The notes beneath the pieces were generated by a model. That model had not been told where the DNA came from and ran no database searches. It worked only from the letters and a program-made list of their open reading frames with translations. The translations under genes and the position numbers were made by a program. 64,000 nucleotides of DNA from contig DVMT01000015.1 of assembly GCA_018714855.1 (NCBI GenBank), positions 785 through 64,784 of the forward strand, read 5' to 3'. How positions within the stretch are numbered: the stretch's first letter is position 1; the number at the start of each line of letters is the position of its first letter. This document shows positions 39,010 to 50,320 of the stretch, in pieces. The DNA is from Candidatus Aphodocola excrementigallinarum (GTDB taxonomy: Bacteria; Bacillota_I; Bacilli_A; RF39; UBA660).

Positions 39010-39336
39010 ATGAAGAATTTAAAAGAATTAAGAAAAAAGAAAAACATAACACAAATAAGATTATCTATTGCAGCGGAGGTATCACAAGAAACGATTAGTG
39101 CTTATGAAAGTGGAAAAGCGCTTCCTAGTGCCGATACATTAATAAAAATAGCTGATTTTTTAGATACGTCAGTTGATTATTTACTAGATAGAACTGATAA
39201 TCCACAACCTATCTTATATAAAGAAAATAACTTAAACGATGAATTATTACATAGTTTTAGCAAACTAAATAACAAACAAAAAGAAGAAGCTATATGGTAT
39301 TGTAAAGCAATTAAAAAAAGAGATGAACAAGAATAA
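39010..39336 (+). CDS. XRE-family helix-turn-helix transcriptional regulator
   Basis: HTH_3 motif LRKKKNITQIRLSIAAEVSQETISAYESGKALPSADTLIKIADFLDTSVDYLL. Confidence 0.8.
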   Translation: MKNLKELRKKKNITQIRLSIAAEVSQETISAYESGKALPSADTLIKIADFLDTSVDYLLDRTDNPQPILYKENNLNDELLHSFSKLNNKQKEEAIWYCKAIKKRDEQE

Positions 39337-39351
39337 TTACGTTCGTCTCTT

Positions 39352-41304
39352 TTAATTTACCTTCATTTCAAATATAATATCACGAAGTTCCATAGCACGT
39401 TCGAAATCTAAATCATCAGCGGCCTTTTTCATTTCGTCTTCTAATTGTTTTAGAAGCTTATCATCATGAATTTCTTCTTTAGTTCTATGCTTCTTAGATT
39501 TCTTATCACCTGCGTTAACACTTACAACATCCATTATCTTTTTCTTTATAGTTTGAGGTACTATATGATGCTTTTCATTATATTTAATTTGTATTGCGCG
39601 GCGTCTTGCGGTTTCATCAATCGCCTGCCTCATCGCTTCGCTTATAATATCACCATACATTATAACACGCCCGCCTGCGTTTCTTGCACATCTACCAATA
39701 GTTTGAATAAGACTTCTGTGACTTCTTAAGAAGCCTTGTTTATCAGCGTCCAAAATAGCAACCAAGCTTACCTCTGGTATATCAAGGCCTTCCCTTAAAA
39801 GGTTTATACCTACTAAAACATCATATTTACCCGCTCTTAAATCATGTATTATTCTAAGTCTTTCAAGTGTTTTTACCTCACTATGAAGATAAGCCACTTT
39901 TATATTTAAATTCTTTAAATATGAAGTTAATTCCTCCGCCATTCTAATGGTTAAAGTTGTAACTAAAGTTCTGTCACCTTTTTCAATTTGTTTTTGAATT
40001 TCTTCTATCAAATCGTCAACTTGGTTACTAGATTTTCTAACTTCTATTAAAGGATCTAAAAGACCAGTTGGTCTAATTATTTGTTCTACCACGTGATTAT
40101 GAACTTTTTCTAATTCTTCATCACCAGGAGTTGCAGATACATATATTACTTGGTTTATTTTTTCTTCAAATTCTTCATATCTTAAAGGTCTGTTGTCTAA
40201 CGCTGATGGAAGTCTAAAGCCATAATCAACAAGCATTTGTTTTCTATTTCTATCGCCGTTATACATAGCTTTGACTTGAGGTAATGTTACATGGGATTCA
40301 TCTACGACCATTAAAAAATCTTTTGGAAAGAAGTCTAAAAGACAAGTTGGCGTTGCACCAGCAGGTTTTAAAGCTAGATGTCTTGAGTAGTTTTCAACTC
40401 CAGAACAAAAACCTGTTTCTTCTAGCATTTCTATATCATACTTACACCTCTGTTCCAGGCGTTCTGCTTCTAATAACTTACCGTTATCACGAAAATATTT
40501 TAGCCTATCTTCTAACTCAGCCTTAATATTTACAATTGCTTTTTTTAATTTTTCATCACTAGTTACGAAATGAGATGCTGGCATGATTGAGATAAGTTCT
40601 TTTTCGCTTACAACCGCTCCAGTTAATACGTCAAATTCACAAATTCTATCTATTTCATCTCCAAAAAGCTCTATTCTAATTCCATGGCTTTTTTCATATG
40701 ATGGAATAACTTCAATAACATCACCCTTGGCTCTAAATGTTCCCCTTACTAAGTCCATGTTATTTCTTTCATATAACATATCAACTAGTTTTTTAAGTAT
40801 TTCGTTTCTGTTTATCTCGTCTCCTACTTTTAAAGTAAGCATGTGATTTTCATATTCTTCTTTATCTCCTATACCATATATACAAGATACTGATGCTACT
40901 ACTATTACGTCCTTATAATTTATTAAAGATGATGTTGCGTAGTGTCTTAACTCATCTATCTCATCATTAATAGATGAATCTTTTTCTATATAAGTATCAC
41001 TAGATGGAACATATGCTTCTGGTTGGTAATAGTCATAGTACGAAACAAAATAACAAACGTGATTGTTTGGAAAGATTTCCTTTAACTCTGAGTACAACTG
41101 GCCTGCTAGCGTTTTGTTGTGTGCTAAAACTAGCGTTGGCTTATTTACTTCTTTAATTACGTTTGCAATTGTAAATGTTTTACCAGTGCCCGTAGCCCCT
41201 AGTAAAACCTGGTATTTCTTGCCATCTTTTATTCCATCAGAAAGTTCTTTTATTGCCTCCGGCTGATCACCAGATGGTTTAAATTTAGACACTAAATCAA
41301 ACAT
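39352..41304 (-). CDS. uvrB: Excinuclease ABC subunit B
   Basis: Helicase motifs ([12 protein letters not shown]), UvrB interaction domain and C-terminal UVR domain. Start at the ATG after AGAGGTGA. Confidence 0.95.
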   Translation of the reverse strand: MFDLVSKFKPSGDQPEAIKELSDGIKDGKKYQVLLGATGTGKTFTIANVIKEVNKPTLVLAHNKTLAGQLYSELKEIFPNNHVCYFVSYYDYYQPEAYVPSSDTYIEKDSSINDEIDELRHYATSSLINYKDVIVVASVSCIYGIGDKEEYENHMLTLKVGDEINRNEILKKLVDMLYERNNMDLVRGTFRAKGDVIEVIPSYEKSHGIRIELFGDEIDRICEFDVLTGAVVSEKELISIMPASHFVTSDEKLKKAIVNIKAELEDRLKYFRDNGKLLEAERLEQRCKYDIEMLEETGFCSGVENYSRHLALKPAGATPTCLLDFFPKDFLMVVDESHVTLPQVKAMYNGDRNRKQMLVDYGFRLPSALDNRPLRYEEFEEKINQVIYVSATPGDEELEKVHNHVVEQIIRPTGLLDPLIEVRKSSNQVDDLIEEIQKQIEKGDRTLVTTLTIRMAEELTSYLKNLNIKVAYLHSEVKTLERLRIIHDLRAGKYDVLVGINLLREGLDIPEVSLVAILDADKQGFLRSHRSLIQTIGRCARNAGGRVIMYGDIISEAMRQAIDETARRRAIQIKYNEKHHIVPQTIKKKIMDVVSVNAGDKKSKKHRTKEEIHDDKLLKQLEDEMKKAADDLDFERAMELRDIIFEMKVN

Positions 41305-41423
41305 AAGAATCACCTCTAATTAATACGTTTATTCTATCATTTATTATAAAAGAAAACAAGAAATATATAATAATAAAAATAGCTATTAAAATGATACTAT
41401 CAAAAAAAGAGCAAAACGCTCTT

Positions 41424-42617
41424 TTATCTATTATAATAACTTGAACCAAGTGGTGGGAAAGTTATCACATTTCTTGGATTAAACGTGTGTGACTCAAAAC
41501 TTCCAGATGATCCATAATATAAGTAATAATCAGCCTTATATTTACCAGTTGCTAATCCTAAATGCAAATGAGGTCCAGTTGATATACCAGTATTACCTGA
41601 TTTTGCTATAATGGTGTCTTTTGTTACAACCTGTCCTTTTTTTGCAATGGTTTTAGATAAATGGCAATATAATGATGAGTATGTTTGACCATTAATATTA
41701 TGCCATACAACAACTGATATACCGCATACTCTTCCAATATCACCTACAATACCCGGTGCAACAGAATAAACATTCGTTCCGATAGGCATTGCAATGTCTA
41801 TTGCAAAATGGTTATTAGCAGATCCAAACAACGTTCTTTTACCAAATTCACTTGATATCCTACCTGATGTTGTTGGTCTATAAAACGTTGTACCAGAAGG
41901 TAGATAGCCTCCTGAACTTCCGCCACCATAAAGTTTAGATAAACATCCATCAATCGTATAGCTATTATCACAACCTAATGATTTATAATACTTAAGTTCT
42001 TCTTGCATTGATTTAATAGCTTTTTCGTTAGATTCACCAGCATCTTCAAGCTCACTTTGTTTTTGACTTAATACAGCCTCTTGAGTTTCTAAATCAGATT
42101 TTAATCCTTTTAGTCTTTCTTTTTCACTTTCTAAATCTTTTTTTATCTTTTCATTTTCATCTATCATATCATTCATTTCATCAACTAACTTTTCATTGTA
42201 AGACGAAATTTGCTCAGTTATTGATAACCTATATATCAAATCAGTTAAGCTTTCAGCTCCCATAATGTATTCAAGCATTGCTGAACCGGATGATGAGACT
42301 TGGTAATATCTCATTAAATCCTCTGTTTCAGCATTTTTCTTTTCTATATCTTTTTCTAATTGGGCACTTTCATTTTCTTTATCCTCGATGTTTTTTTCTA
42401 CTTGTGAAATATCATTTTTTATATTATCAATCTTTTTTCTTGTTTCACTTAAATTTTGAGAATTTATGGCTTTTTGTGTTTTGTTGTCTTCTAGTTTTTT
42501 TTGTTCAGCTTCTAGTTCTTTTTGTAAATCACCGATTGTTTTAGCATTTACAGAAGTAATTGGTATGATTAATATCATTAAAATGATAAGTAAGCAAATA
42601 GTAACTTTTTTCATCAT
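41424..42617 (-). CDS. Coiled-coil M23 metallopeptidase (EnvC/PcsB-like partner of FtsEX)
   Basis: Signal peptide, long coiled coil, and an M23 C-terminus (HFAIDIAMP...GNTGISTGPHLHLGL). Lies immediately downstream of ftsX. Confidence 0.75.
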   Translation of the reverse strand: MMKKVTICLLIILMILIIPITSVNAKTIGDLQKELEAEQKKLEDNKTQKAINSQNLSETRKKIDNIKNDISQVEKNIEDKENESAQLEKDIEKKNAETEDLMRYYQVSSSGSAMLEYIMGAESLTDLIYRLSITEQISSYNEKLVDEMNDMIDENEKIKKDLESEKERLKGLKSDLETQEAVLSQKQSELEDAGESNEKAIKSMQEELKYYKSLGCDNSYTIDGCLSKLYGGGSSGGYLPSGTTFYRPTTSGRISSEFGKRTLFGSANNHFAIDIAMPIGTNVYSVAPGIVGDIGRVCGISVVVWHNINGQTYSSLYCHLSKTIAKKGQVVTKDTIIAKSGNTGISTGPHLHLGLATGKYKADYYLYYGSSGSFESHTFNPRNVITFPPLGSSYYNR

Positions 42618-43537
42618 ATCTTTAAATACTTCCTTACTGCTCTATAACTTCCTATCATACCAACAACAACACCTAAACCTAATAATATTAATGATACCAT
42701 GTATATAAATGGTTCTGGTTTAACAAGCTGTATAAACGGAGAAAAGAATTGTCCATTAAAATGTTTATATAAAGCTGAGTAACCATATAATGTTACCGCA
42801 ATAGGGATTAATGAACCTATAAAGCCAAGGCAAAAACCTTCGATTACAAATGGCTGTTTAATAGAAAAGTTAGACGCACCAACCAGTCTCATTATTTCTA
42901 TTTCTCTTTTTCTTGAGAAAATGGTGATTTTTATAGTATTACTAATTAAGAATAAAGTTACAAATATAAGTGCTACCATAGCTACTACCATTGCTTTTTC
43001 AACAACGTCAAACACAGCCATTAACTCCTCTACCATACCTTGTCCATATTTAACATCGGTTACTAAATCCATATCAGATATTTTATCAGCAGTATTTGAA
43101 ATTCGTTCGGTATTTTTAACCTTTACTAATAAAGTATCATACAAAGGATTATTCTCATCAGACCAAGTATCTATTATTGCTGATAACTCATCTGATGTTC
43201 CTTTCATTTCATCGGCCACTTGATCTTTTGTTTCAATATCAACCGATTCAACGTTATTAAGAGTTTCTATGTTTTCTTTTAAAGTATTTAATTGTTCATC
43301 AGTTGTAGATGTATCAACAAAAGTAACAATCGTAAAGTCTTCTTTAACTAATTTCGTTACGTTTTCAACGTTGTAAGATACAACAAGTGCTATTGCAACT
43401 ATTAAAAGAGTAATGGTAATACATGAAATAGAAGCTATCGACAAGCTTAAGTTTCTACCTACACTTTTAAACCCATCTCTTATGTTTCTTAAAAGAATTC
43501 TAAGCGCTTTCATAATCAATATAACTTCCTTTCTCAT
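42614..43537 (-). CDS. ftsX: Cell division permease FtsX
   Basis: 4-TM FtsX fold; overlaps ftsE. Confidence 0.85.
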   Translation of the reverse strand: MRKEVILIMKALRILLRNIRDGFKSVGRNLSLSIASISCITITLLIVAIALVVSYNVENVTKLVKEDFTIVTFVDTSTTDEQLNTLKENIETLNNVESVDIETKDQVADEMKGTSDELSAIIDTWSDENNPLYDTLLVKVKNTERISNTADKISDMDLVTDVKYGQGMVEELMAVFDVVEKAMVVAMVALIFVTLFLISNTIKITIFSRKREIEIMRLVGASNFSIKQPFVIEGFCLGFIGSLIPIAVTLYGYSALYKHFNGQFFSPFIQLVKPEPFIYMVSLILLGLGVVVGMIGSYRAVRKYLKI

Positions 43538-44198
43538 AATCTTTAACTAGTTTTCCATTATCTAGTAAGATAACTCTTTTTTTCATCTTATTTACCATTT
43601 CTTTATCGTGCGTTACCATAACAACGGTTGTTCCCAAGTCATTGATTTTTTCTATTACTTTCATAATTCCTAAACTAGTATCCGGATCCAAATTACCAGT
43701 TGGCTCATCACATATTAAAAGCTTTGGTGAATTAACTATTGCGCGAGCGATTGCAACACGCTGTTGTTCTCCTCCTGATAACTGATCTGGATAACTTTTA
43801 GTTCTTGATTTTAAGCCAACTAAATCAAGTGCTTTTAATACTTTTCTTTTTACCTCTTGAGTTGGTAAGCCGTATATTTCAAGAGCAAAAGCAACGTTTT
43901 CATATACCGTAAGTTTAGGAAGTAATTTAAAATCCTGGAATACTATTCCAATTTTTCTTCTTAGCTTATAAACTTTACTGTTTTTTATTTTAGCTACGTT
44001 TACTCCACCGACATAAATCTCACCATGGGTAGGTCTTTCTTCCCTATAAAGCATTTTAATAAGAGTTGATTTACCAGAGCCTGATGCTCCTGTTACAAAA
44101 ACAAACTCACCTTTTTTAATGTCTAAGTTTAAATCATATATTGCGTTTACTCCATTTTTATAAGTTTTTTCAGCGCCACGAAACTTAATAAATTCCAT
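43500..44198 (-). CDS. ftsE: Cell division ATP-binding protein FtsE
   Basis: ABC motifs [17 protein letters not shown] and [11 protein letters not shown]. Confidence 0.9.
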   Translation of the reverse strand: MEFIKFRGAEKTYKNGVNAIYDLNLDIKKGEFVFVTGASGSGKSTLIKMLYREERPTHGEIYVGGVNVAKIKNSKVYKLRRKIGIVFQDFKLLPKLTVYENVAFALEIYGLPTQEVKRKVLKALDLVGLKSRTKSYPDQLSGGEQQRVAIARAIVNSPKLLICDEPTGNLDPDTSLGIMKVIEKINDLGTTVVMVTHDKEMVNKMKKRVILLDNGKLVKDYEKGSYIDYESA

Positions 44199-44223
44199 TT
44201 ACTTCACCTTCCTACATCTTTTA

Positions 44224-45129
44224 CTAAATAATACTTGTATTACCTGAATACGTTCCTAAGGTTTGATATGCATCCGTTACTAAAATAACCGCGTTTTTAT
44301 CTATCTGCTGCACACCTTCCCTTACTTTAAAATATTCACTAGTTGGAACAACACATAATATAATTTGATCTTTCTTATTTGTGTATCCTCCTCTTGTTTC
44401 AATTAAAGTGATTCCTAATTTTAATTCATTTAATAAGTAATCACAAACAAGATCATCTTCTTTTGTTGTTATATAAACAGCCTTGCCACTTGATATTCCA
44501 AGCACTACTTTATCAACCATAATGTTAATTATATAAAGTACGATTATTGCATATAACACTCTTGTCCATCCAAAGAAGAATCCACCAACTAACACTATAA
44601 TACCATCAGTCATTAACATCGATGTTCCTATTGATACTTTAAAATATTTAGCAACTATTTGGTTTAATATATCAGTACCACCGGTTGTAAAGCCACTTTT
44701 AAATACAATTCCAACTGCTGTACCAACGCATACACCACCGACAATTGCAATTAAAAGCAAATTATCATTTTCTATTTGTATGTAATCACCTACGTTAGCT
44801 GTTAATTTTACCATTATTGGATAAAGTAGTGAACCAACTAAAGATCCCAAAGTTTTTTTTCTGCCAAGAAAAATAAAACTTAAAATTATAAAAAACACGT
44901 TTAATATAAGAATCATCTTTGATGGATCAATTAAATTTTGAGTAATTATTGATATACCACTTGCCCCACCATACACAATGTTATTTTTATAAAAAAACAA
45001 ATTATATGCAAGTGCATAAATACTTATACCTATTAATAAAAAAACGTATCTTTTAAACAAATGAGCTGTTTCAACAACTTTTAAAACTTTTTCTGCCTTT
45101 TTTTCCTTTAGTTTTCTAAATAGTCTCAT
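44224..45129 (-). CDS. YitT-family membrane protein (DUF161/DUF2179)
   Basis: The GGASGISI...GGTDIL pattern and C-terminal DUF2179. Confidence 0.65.
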   Translation of the reverse strand: MRLFRKLKEKKAEKVLKVVETAHLFKRYVFLLIGISIYALAYNLFFYKNNIVYGGASGISIITQNLIDPSKMILILNVFFIILSFIFLGRKKTLGSLVGSLLYPIMVKLTANVGDYIQIENDNLLLIAIVGGVCVGTAVGIVFKSGFTTGGTDILNQIVAKYFKVSIGTSMLMTDGIIVLVGGFFFGWTRVLYAIIVLYIINIMVDKVVLGISSGKAVYITTKEDDLVCDYLLNELKLGITLIETRGGYTNKKDQIILCVVPTSEYFKVREGVQQIDKNAVILVTDAYQTLGTYSGNTSII

Positions 45130-46223
45130 CTTGCTTTTCTCCTTTTAAATTACTTTCTATAAAACCGTCTAAATCACCGTCTAAAACCTTATTTACGTTG
45201 GATGTTTCATAACCTGTTCGGTGATCTTTTATCATGGAATATGGATGAAGCACATAACTTCTTATTTGTGATCCAAATTCTATTTCATTATGATCTTTTT
45301 TTATGTTATTAACAGCATCTTGCCTTTTTTTAAGTTCAATTTGATAAAGTTTACTTTTCAAAACTTTTAACGCTGTTTCTTTATTTTTAAGCTGGCTTCT
45401 TTCATTTTGACAAGTAACTACTATTCCTGTTGGTAAATGAGTTATTCTAACAGCACTATCGGTTGTATTAACTCCTTGTCCACCGGCACCAGTACTTCTA
45501 TAAACATCTATTCTTAAATCTTTTTCATTTAAATTTATATCAATGTTATTATCAAATTCTGGTATAACATCTACCGCCGCAAAAGAAGTATGTCTTCTGT
45601 TATTTGAATCAAAAGGCGATAATCTAACCAAACGATGAACGCCCTTTTCATTTTTTAAATATCCGTATGCATAACTTCCTTTAACAATGTATACAACGCT
45701 TTTAAAACCAGCTTCTTCTCCGTCTTGCTTATCTATCATTTCATATGAGTAACCTTTTTTATCAAAATACTTTGTGTACATTCTAGCAAGCATCGCTACC
45801 CAATCACAACTTTCTGTACCACCGGCCCCTGCGTGTATTTCAAAAATAGCAGGATTATTATCATATTTTCCACTTAGATAAGTTAAAATTTCTTCCTTTT
45901 TTAACAATTCACTAGTTTCTTTAAATAAACTCTCAAACTGAAGTTTTAACTCTTCATCCATTTCTAAAGATGAAAATTCGTTAAATTGTTTTAGTACTTC
46001 TACGTTTTCTTTAATTTTAATAACCGGAGCAACCAATTTCTTTAAATCACTAAGCTCCTTAGTTATCTTTTCGGCATTAGATGGATTATTCCATATGTTA
46101 GGATCATTTAATTCTTCGCTTAATTCATTTATTTTTTGATTCTTTTTTTCTACTTCAAAGAAACCTCCATACATGATTAAACTTGTTGTCTAAAGCATTT
46201 ATTTCCTTACTTGTAATTTCCAT
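45116..46223 (-). CDS. prfB: Peptide chain release factor 2, expressed through a programmed +1 frameshift
   Basis: A 22-codon frame-0 leader (MEITSKEINALDNKFNHVWRFL) ends CTT TGA, preceded by the internal SD GGAGG. The +1 frame continues EVEKKN...SPF...GGQ(GVN). Shift site at about 46155-46160. Confidence 0.85.
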
Positions 46224-46378
46224 ATAATCACCTATTATCAATTATAACACAATATTAATATTATTAAAATTAAAATTAATCAATTTAATATGGTATTATT
46301 TTCCTTATTATTATCCATTTTATATTTTATTAAAAAATTGTGTTAAAAAAATAACAAAAAACTACTTTTAAAGTAGTT

Positions 46379-46624
46379 TTAATCACCAAACATTTCAAAA
46401 ACTTCACTAATGAAAGAACCTTTTTTCTTCTTTTTAGTTTTTTCTAATTTTTCATCAGAAAAATCTCTTTTAATTTCATTATAAGATTTTTCTTCCTTTT
46501 CTATTATTTTTTCTAATTCTCCTTTATCAAGCCAAATACCACGGCATTCTGGGCAATAATCAATTTCAATGCCCTTTTTTTCTGACATTAACAAAGTAAC
46601 ATCTTTGCATACTGGACACTTCAT
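46379..46624 (-). CDS. Zinc-ribbon (zf-TFIIB-like) domain protein
   Basis: CPVC...CPECRGIWLDKGELEKI; 81 aa. A hairpin terminator lies at 46355-46381. Confidence 0.6.
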   Translation of the reverse strand: MKCPVCKDVTLLMSEKKGIEIDYCPECRGIWLDKGELEKIIEKEEKSYNEIKRDFSDEKLEKTKKKKKGSFISEVFEMFGD

Positions 46625-46687
46625 ATAATCCCTCCTTATTTATATTATAACAATAAATAATGTATTTTTAATACATTATTACAAAGT

Positions 46688-47353
46688 TTAATATTTTTTT
46701 ATAAAATATGATTTCTTTTGTTGATTTTTATTACTTATAATCATATTTAACAAATCTCTAATGCTATGTTCATCATCTACTATATAATAATCTATTCCTG
46801 CATTTAAAGCACCCATTTTATCGCTTTTAATACTATCTCCTATCATAATGCAATCTTCTTTGTTTGTATCTCCAATCGCTAGTTCAAATGATTCTAAATC
46901 TGGTTTCATTGCATCTTCACCTGCAACAATCTTATCTATGTATTCATATAAGCTGGTTCGTTTTAATCTCGGTATTTGAGTTCCACTAAACCAACTAGTA
47001 AGAATTACTATATCTTTGTTATTCGTTTTTAAATAATCGAATAACTCTATAACTCCATCAACCACTTTATCTTTTATAGTTTTCCCATTATGAATCATCC
47101 AACCTTTTATTACTTCTTCACTTACACTAAATCCGTAACTTTTAAAATAATCACTTAATGTTTTGAAATCATATTTTGGAAATTCTAATTCATATTTATT
47201 TAATATAAGTTGTTTTTGTTTAAAAAACTCTTCTTGTTCTTCTAAAGGTATATTTCTTCTTAAAAAATCATCTTCTTTAGACCAATCAGGAATCAATAAC
47301 GTATAGTCTAAATCAAATATATACTTTTTATAATTTTTCATTACTTTCCTCAT
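46688..47353 (-). CDS. HAD-superfamily hydrolase
   Basis: Motif I FDLDYTL and motif IV GDSIKSD. Confidence 0.7.
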   Translation of the reverse strand: MRKVMKNYKKYIFDLDYTLLIPDWSKEDDFLRRNIPLEEQEEFFKQKQLILNKYELEFPKYDFKTLSDYFKSYGFSVSEEVIKGWMIHNGKTIKDKVVDGVIELFDYLKTNNKDIVILTSWFSGTQIPRLKRTSLYEYIDKIVAGEDAMKPDLESFELAIGDTNKEDCIMIGDSIKSDKMGALNAGIDYYIVDDEHSIRDLLNMIISNKNQQKKSYFIKKY

Positions 47354-47577
47354 TTCTTATAATTATTATATATAAAAACTAATGTTAATACAATGTATTA
47401 CTTTTGTTATTGCTTTAAATCATAATTTAAAATTTACTTATAAATTTTCTTTTTAAATCATGTCATGCAATTTCAAACTCGTACTGAAATACCTCATCTT
47501 TTTACTACATTTTTTTCATTATACATTGTAAAAAAAGTTATATTTAACAAAAAAAGCTAGCAAACGGAGGCTAACTT

Positions 47578-47681
47578 TTTTGTTTCCAAAATTGTTTCCA
47601 AAAATTTTTCCCTTATTTTATAAGGCTTTTCCGAGATTTTGGTAACATCTTTCCTAATTTTGGAAACAAAATGGAAACAAA
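47578..47681. repeat. Compound inverted repeat: two tandem TGTTTCCAAAA units (47579-47606) facing two inverted TTTTGGAAACA units (47657-47681), with a central CCTTATTTTATAAGG mini-hairpin
   Basis: Read directly from the sequence, in the 390-bp intergenic region between the secA 3' end and the HAD gene start. Confidence 0.6.
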
Positions 47682-47740
47682 TCGACTATTTTTTGTAATT
47701 TTTTAATTTTTGAAACCCTCGCAAACCCTTATTTTATAAG

Positions 47741-50236
47741 CTATTTGCCACAGCAATTTTTATACTTTTTTCCACTCCCGCACGGACAAGGATCATTTCT
47801 TCCTATTTTCTTTGATTTTTTAGAAACCTGCTTAACTACTTTTTCACTTCCTGAATTAGCATTTCCTTTTACCTGTTTAACTTCTAAGTTCTGTCTTATT
47901 TCTGCTTTTAGTAAATATAAAGTAATATCTTTATTTATTCTGTCTAACATGTTGTCAAACATTTCAAAGCCTTCCCTTATATAAGCTTGAAGTGGATCTT
48001 CATTAGCATATCCTCTTAATGACACACCTTCTCTTAAATGATCCATTGTGTTTATGTGTTCCATCCAGTAATTATCTATAACTCTTAAAGAAATAGCCTT
48101 TTCAAAGTCATTTCTTATTTCTATAGGTAATTCTTTTATCTTATTTTCATATTCAGTAATTACCTTGTTTTGAATAACTTCAATTATTTCATTCATTTCT
48201 TTATTAAGTATTTCAGATAATTTCAAGTTTGAATGATTAAGCAAGTTTTCATTAACATATTCAACTATCTCATTTGCATCTTTTTCAGTTATAACACCTT
48301 TTTCGTTAGTATGCTTTCTTACCATTAAATCAATGTGATCTTTAATGGTATTTAATACCATGTCGTGAATATCATCGTTATCTAATATTTCATTTCTTTT
48401 TGCATACATTATTTCACGGTGTTTACCCATTACATCATCGTATTGTAATAAGTGTTTACGAGCATCAAAGTTATTTCCTTCAACTCTTTTTTGGGCAGTT
48501 TCAACAGATCTTGTAATGGTCTTACTACGCATGTTTCTTTCACTATCTAATCCTGCCATAGCAAGAATAGATTTAAACCTATCAGTTCCAAAACGAACCA
48601 TTAAATCATCTTCAAACGATACAAAGAACTGACTAAATCCTGGATCTCCTTGACGTCCAGAACGTCCTCTTAACTGGTTATCGATACGACGAGATTCATG
48701 TCTTTCAGTTCCAATTACGCATAAGCCACCGAGTTCTTTTACACCTTCACCTAATTTAATATCAGTACCACGACCAGCCATGTTAGTTGCGATTGTAACC
48801 GCTCCTTTTTCACCAGCCTTTGCAATTATTTCAGCTTCTCTTGCGTTGTTTTTAGCATTTAATACTTCATGTTTAATGTGTGCTTTTTTTAGCATACCAC
48901 TTATTAATTCACTTGTTTCAATTGCTATTGTACCAACTAAAACCGGTTGGCCAGTTTCATGTCTTTTTTTGATTTCATTTACTATAGCTTTATATTTTTC
49001 TTCTTTTGTTGAATAAATTAAGTCTGCGGCATCTACTCTTATTACAGGTAAATTAGTTGGAATTTCTATAACAAACATGTTATATATGTTTCTAAATTCT
49101 TCCTCTTCAGTTTTTGCTGTACCAGTCATACCTGATAATTTTTCATACATCCTAAAGTAATTTTGGAATGTAATAGTTGCAAGTGTTTTTGTTTCTTCTT
49201 CTATTTGAACGTTTTCTTTTGCTTCTATTGCCTGATGCAAGCCTTCAGAAAATGCTCTACCTGGCATTAATCTTCCAGTAAATTGATCTACTATTATAAC
49301 TTTACCTTCTTGAACAACGTAATCAACGTCATTATGCATCGTATAATTTGCTTTTAAGGCTTGGTTAATATGATGAACTAAAGCAGTGTTTGAAATATCA
49401 TACAAATTACCTACCCTAAAATATCTCTCTGCTTTTTCAGTTCCTGCATCCGTTAAAGTTATATCTTTTGTTTTTTCATCAATCGTATAATCTTCATTTT
49501 CTTTTAATGTCTTAACATACCTATCGGCATCTTTATAAAGATTTGCAGATTTCATTACGCCACCGGAAATAATCAAAGGAGTTCTTGCTTCATCTATTAA
49601 AACCGAGTCAACCTCGTCTATAATCGCAAAATTAAGAGGCCTTTGTACCCTGTTTTCTTTATTTACAACCATGTTATCTCTTAAATAATCAAATCCAAGT
49701 TCATTATTGGTTGAATATAAAATATCACAGTTATATGCTTCTTTTTTTTCTTTTGCGGACATTTGTCTTAAGTTAACACCAACACTAAGTCCCAAAAACT
49801 CATATATCTTTCCCATCCAATTAGCATCACGGGTTGCTAAGTATTCGTTTACCGTTACAACGTGAACACCTTTTTCAGTTAATGCATTTAAATAAGCTGG
49901 CATAACACAAGTTAATGTTTTACCTTCACCAGTTTTCATTTCTGCTATGTTACCAAAATGAATAGCAAGTGCACCTAATACTTGTACATAAAAAGGTTTT
50001 TCTCCTATTACACGATAAGCTGCTTCCCTAACCAAAGCAAAAGCATCAGGTATTAAGTCATCTAATGTCTCTCCATTAGCTAAACGTTTTTTTAATTTTT
50101 TAGTGCATCCTTGTAACTGTTTATCAGTCATCTTTTTGTATTTGTCATCTAAAGCAAATACCTCATCAGCTATTTGTTTAAATCTATCTAACTCTTTGTA
50201 TTCATGATCAAATATTCTTTTTAAAAATTTTAACAT
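47741..50236 (-). CDS. secA: Preprotein translocase ATPase SecA
   Basis: DEAD motor motifs and a C-terminal zinc-binding CPCGSGKKYKNCCG. The start is probably the ATG giving MLKFLKRIFD; the track ORF begins 4 codons upstream, directly abutting the RBS. Confidence 0.93.
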   Translation of the reverse strand: MLKFLKRIFDHEYKELDRFKQIADEVFALDDKYKKMTDKQLQGCTKKLKKRLANGETLDDLIPDAFALVREAAYRVIGEKPFYVQVLGALAIHFGNIAEMKTGEGKTLTCVMPAYLNALTEKGVHVVTVNEYLATRDANWMGKIYEFLGLSVGVNLRQMSAKEKKEAYNCDILYSTNNELGFDYLRDNMVVNKENRVQRPLNFAIIDEVDSVLIDEARTPLIISGGVMKSANLYKDADRYVKTLKENEDYTIDEKTKDITLTDAGTEKAERYFRVGNLYDISNTALVHHINQALKANYTMHNDVDYVVQEGKVIIVDQFTGRLMPGRAFSEGLHQAIEAKENVQIEEETKTLATITFQNYFRMYEKLSGMTGTAKTEEEEFRNIYNMFVIEIPTNLPVIRVDAADLIYSTKEEKYKAIVNEIKKRHETGQPVLVGTIAIETSELISGMLKKAHIKHEVLNAKNNAREAEIIAKAGEKGAVTIATNMAGRGTDIKLGEGVKELGGLCVIGTERHESRRIDNQLRGRSGRQGDPGFSQFFVSFEDDLMVRFGTDRFKSILAMAGLDSERNMRSKTITRSVETAQKRVEGNNFDARKHLLQYDDVMGKHREIMYAKRNEILDNDDIHDMVLNTIKDHIDLMVRKHTNEKGVITEKDANEIVEYVNENLLNHSNLKLSEILNKEMNEIIEVIQNKVITEYENKIKELPIEIRNDFEKAISLRVIDNYWMEHINTMDHLREGVSLRGYANEDPLQAYIREGFEMFDNMLDRINKDITLYLLKAEIRQNLEVKQVKGNANSGSEKVVKQVSKKSKKIGRNDPCPCGSGKKYKNCCGK

Positions 50237-50320
50237 AGTTATTTTCATCTCCTAAAAAACATTGTAACAAAAAAAAGAAAATAATTAAAGTGTATTAATT
50301 ACTTTCTTTAAAGTTTATTA

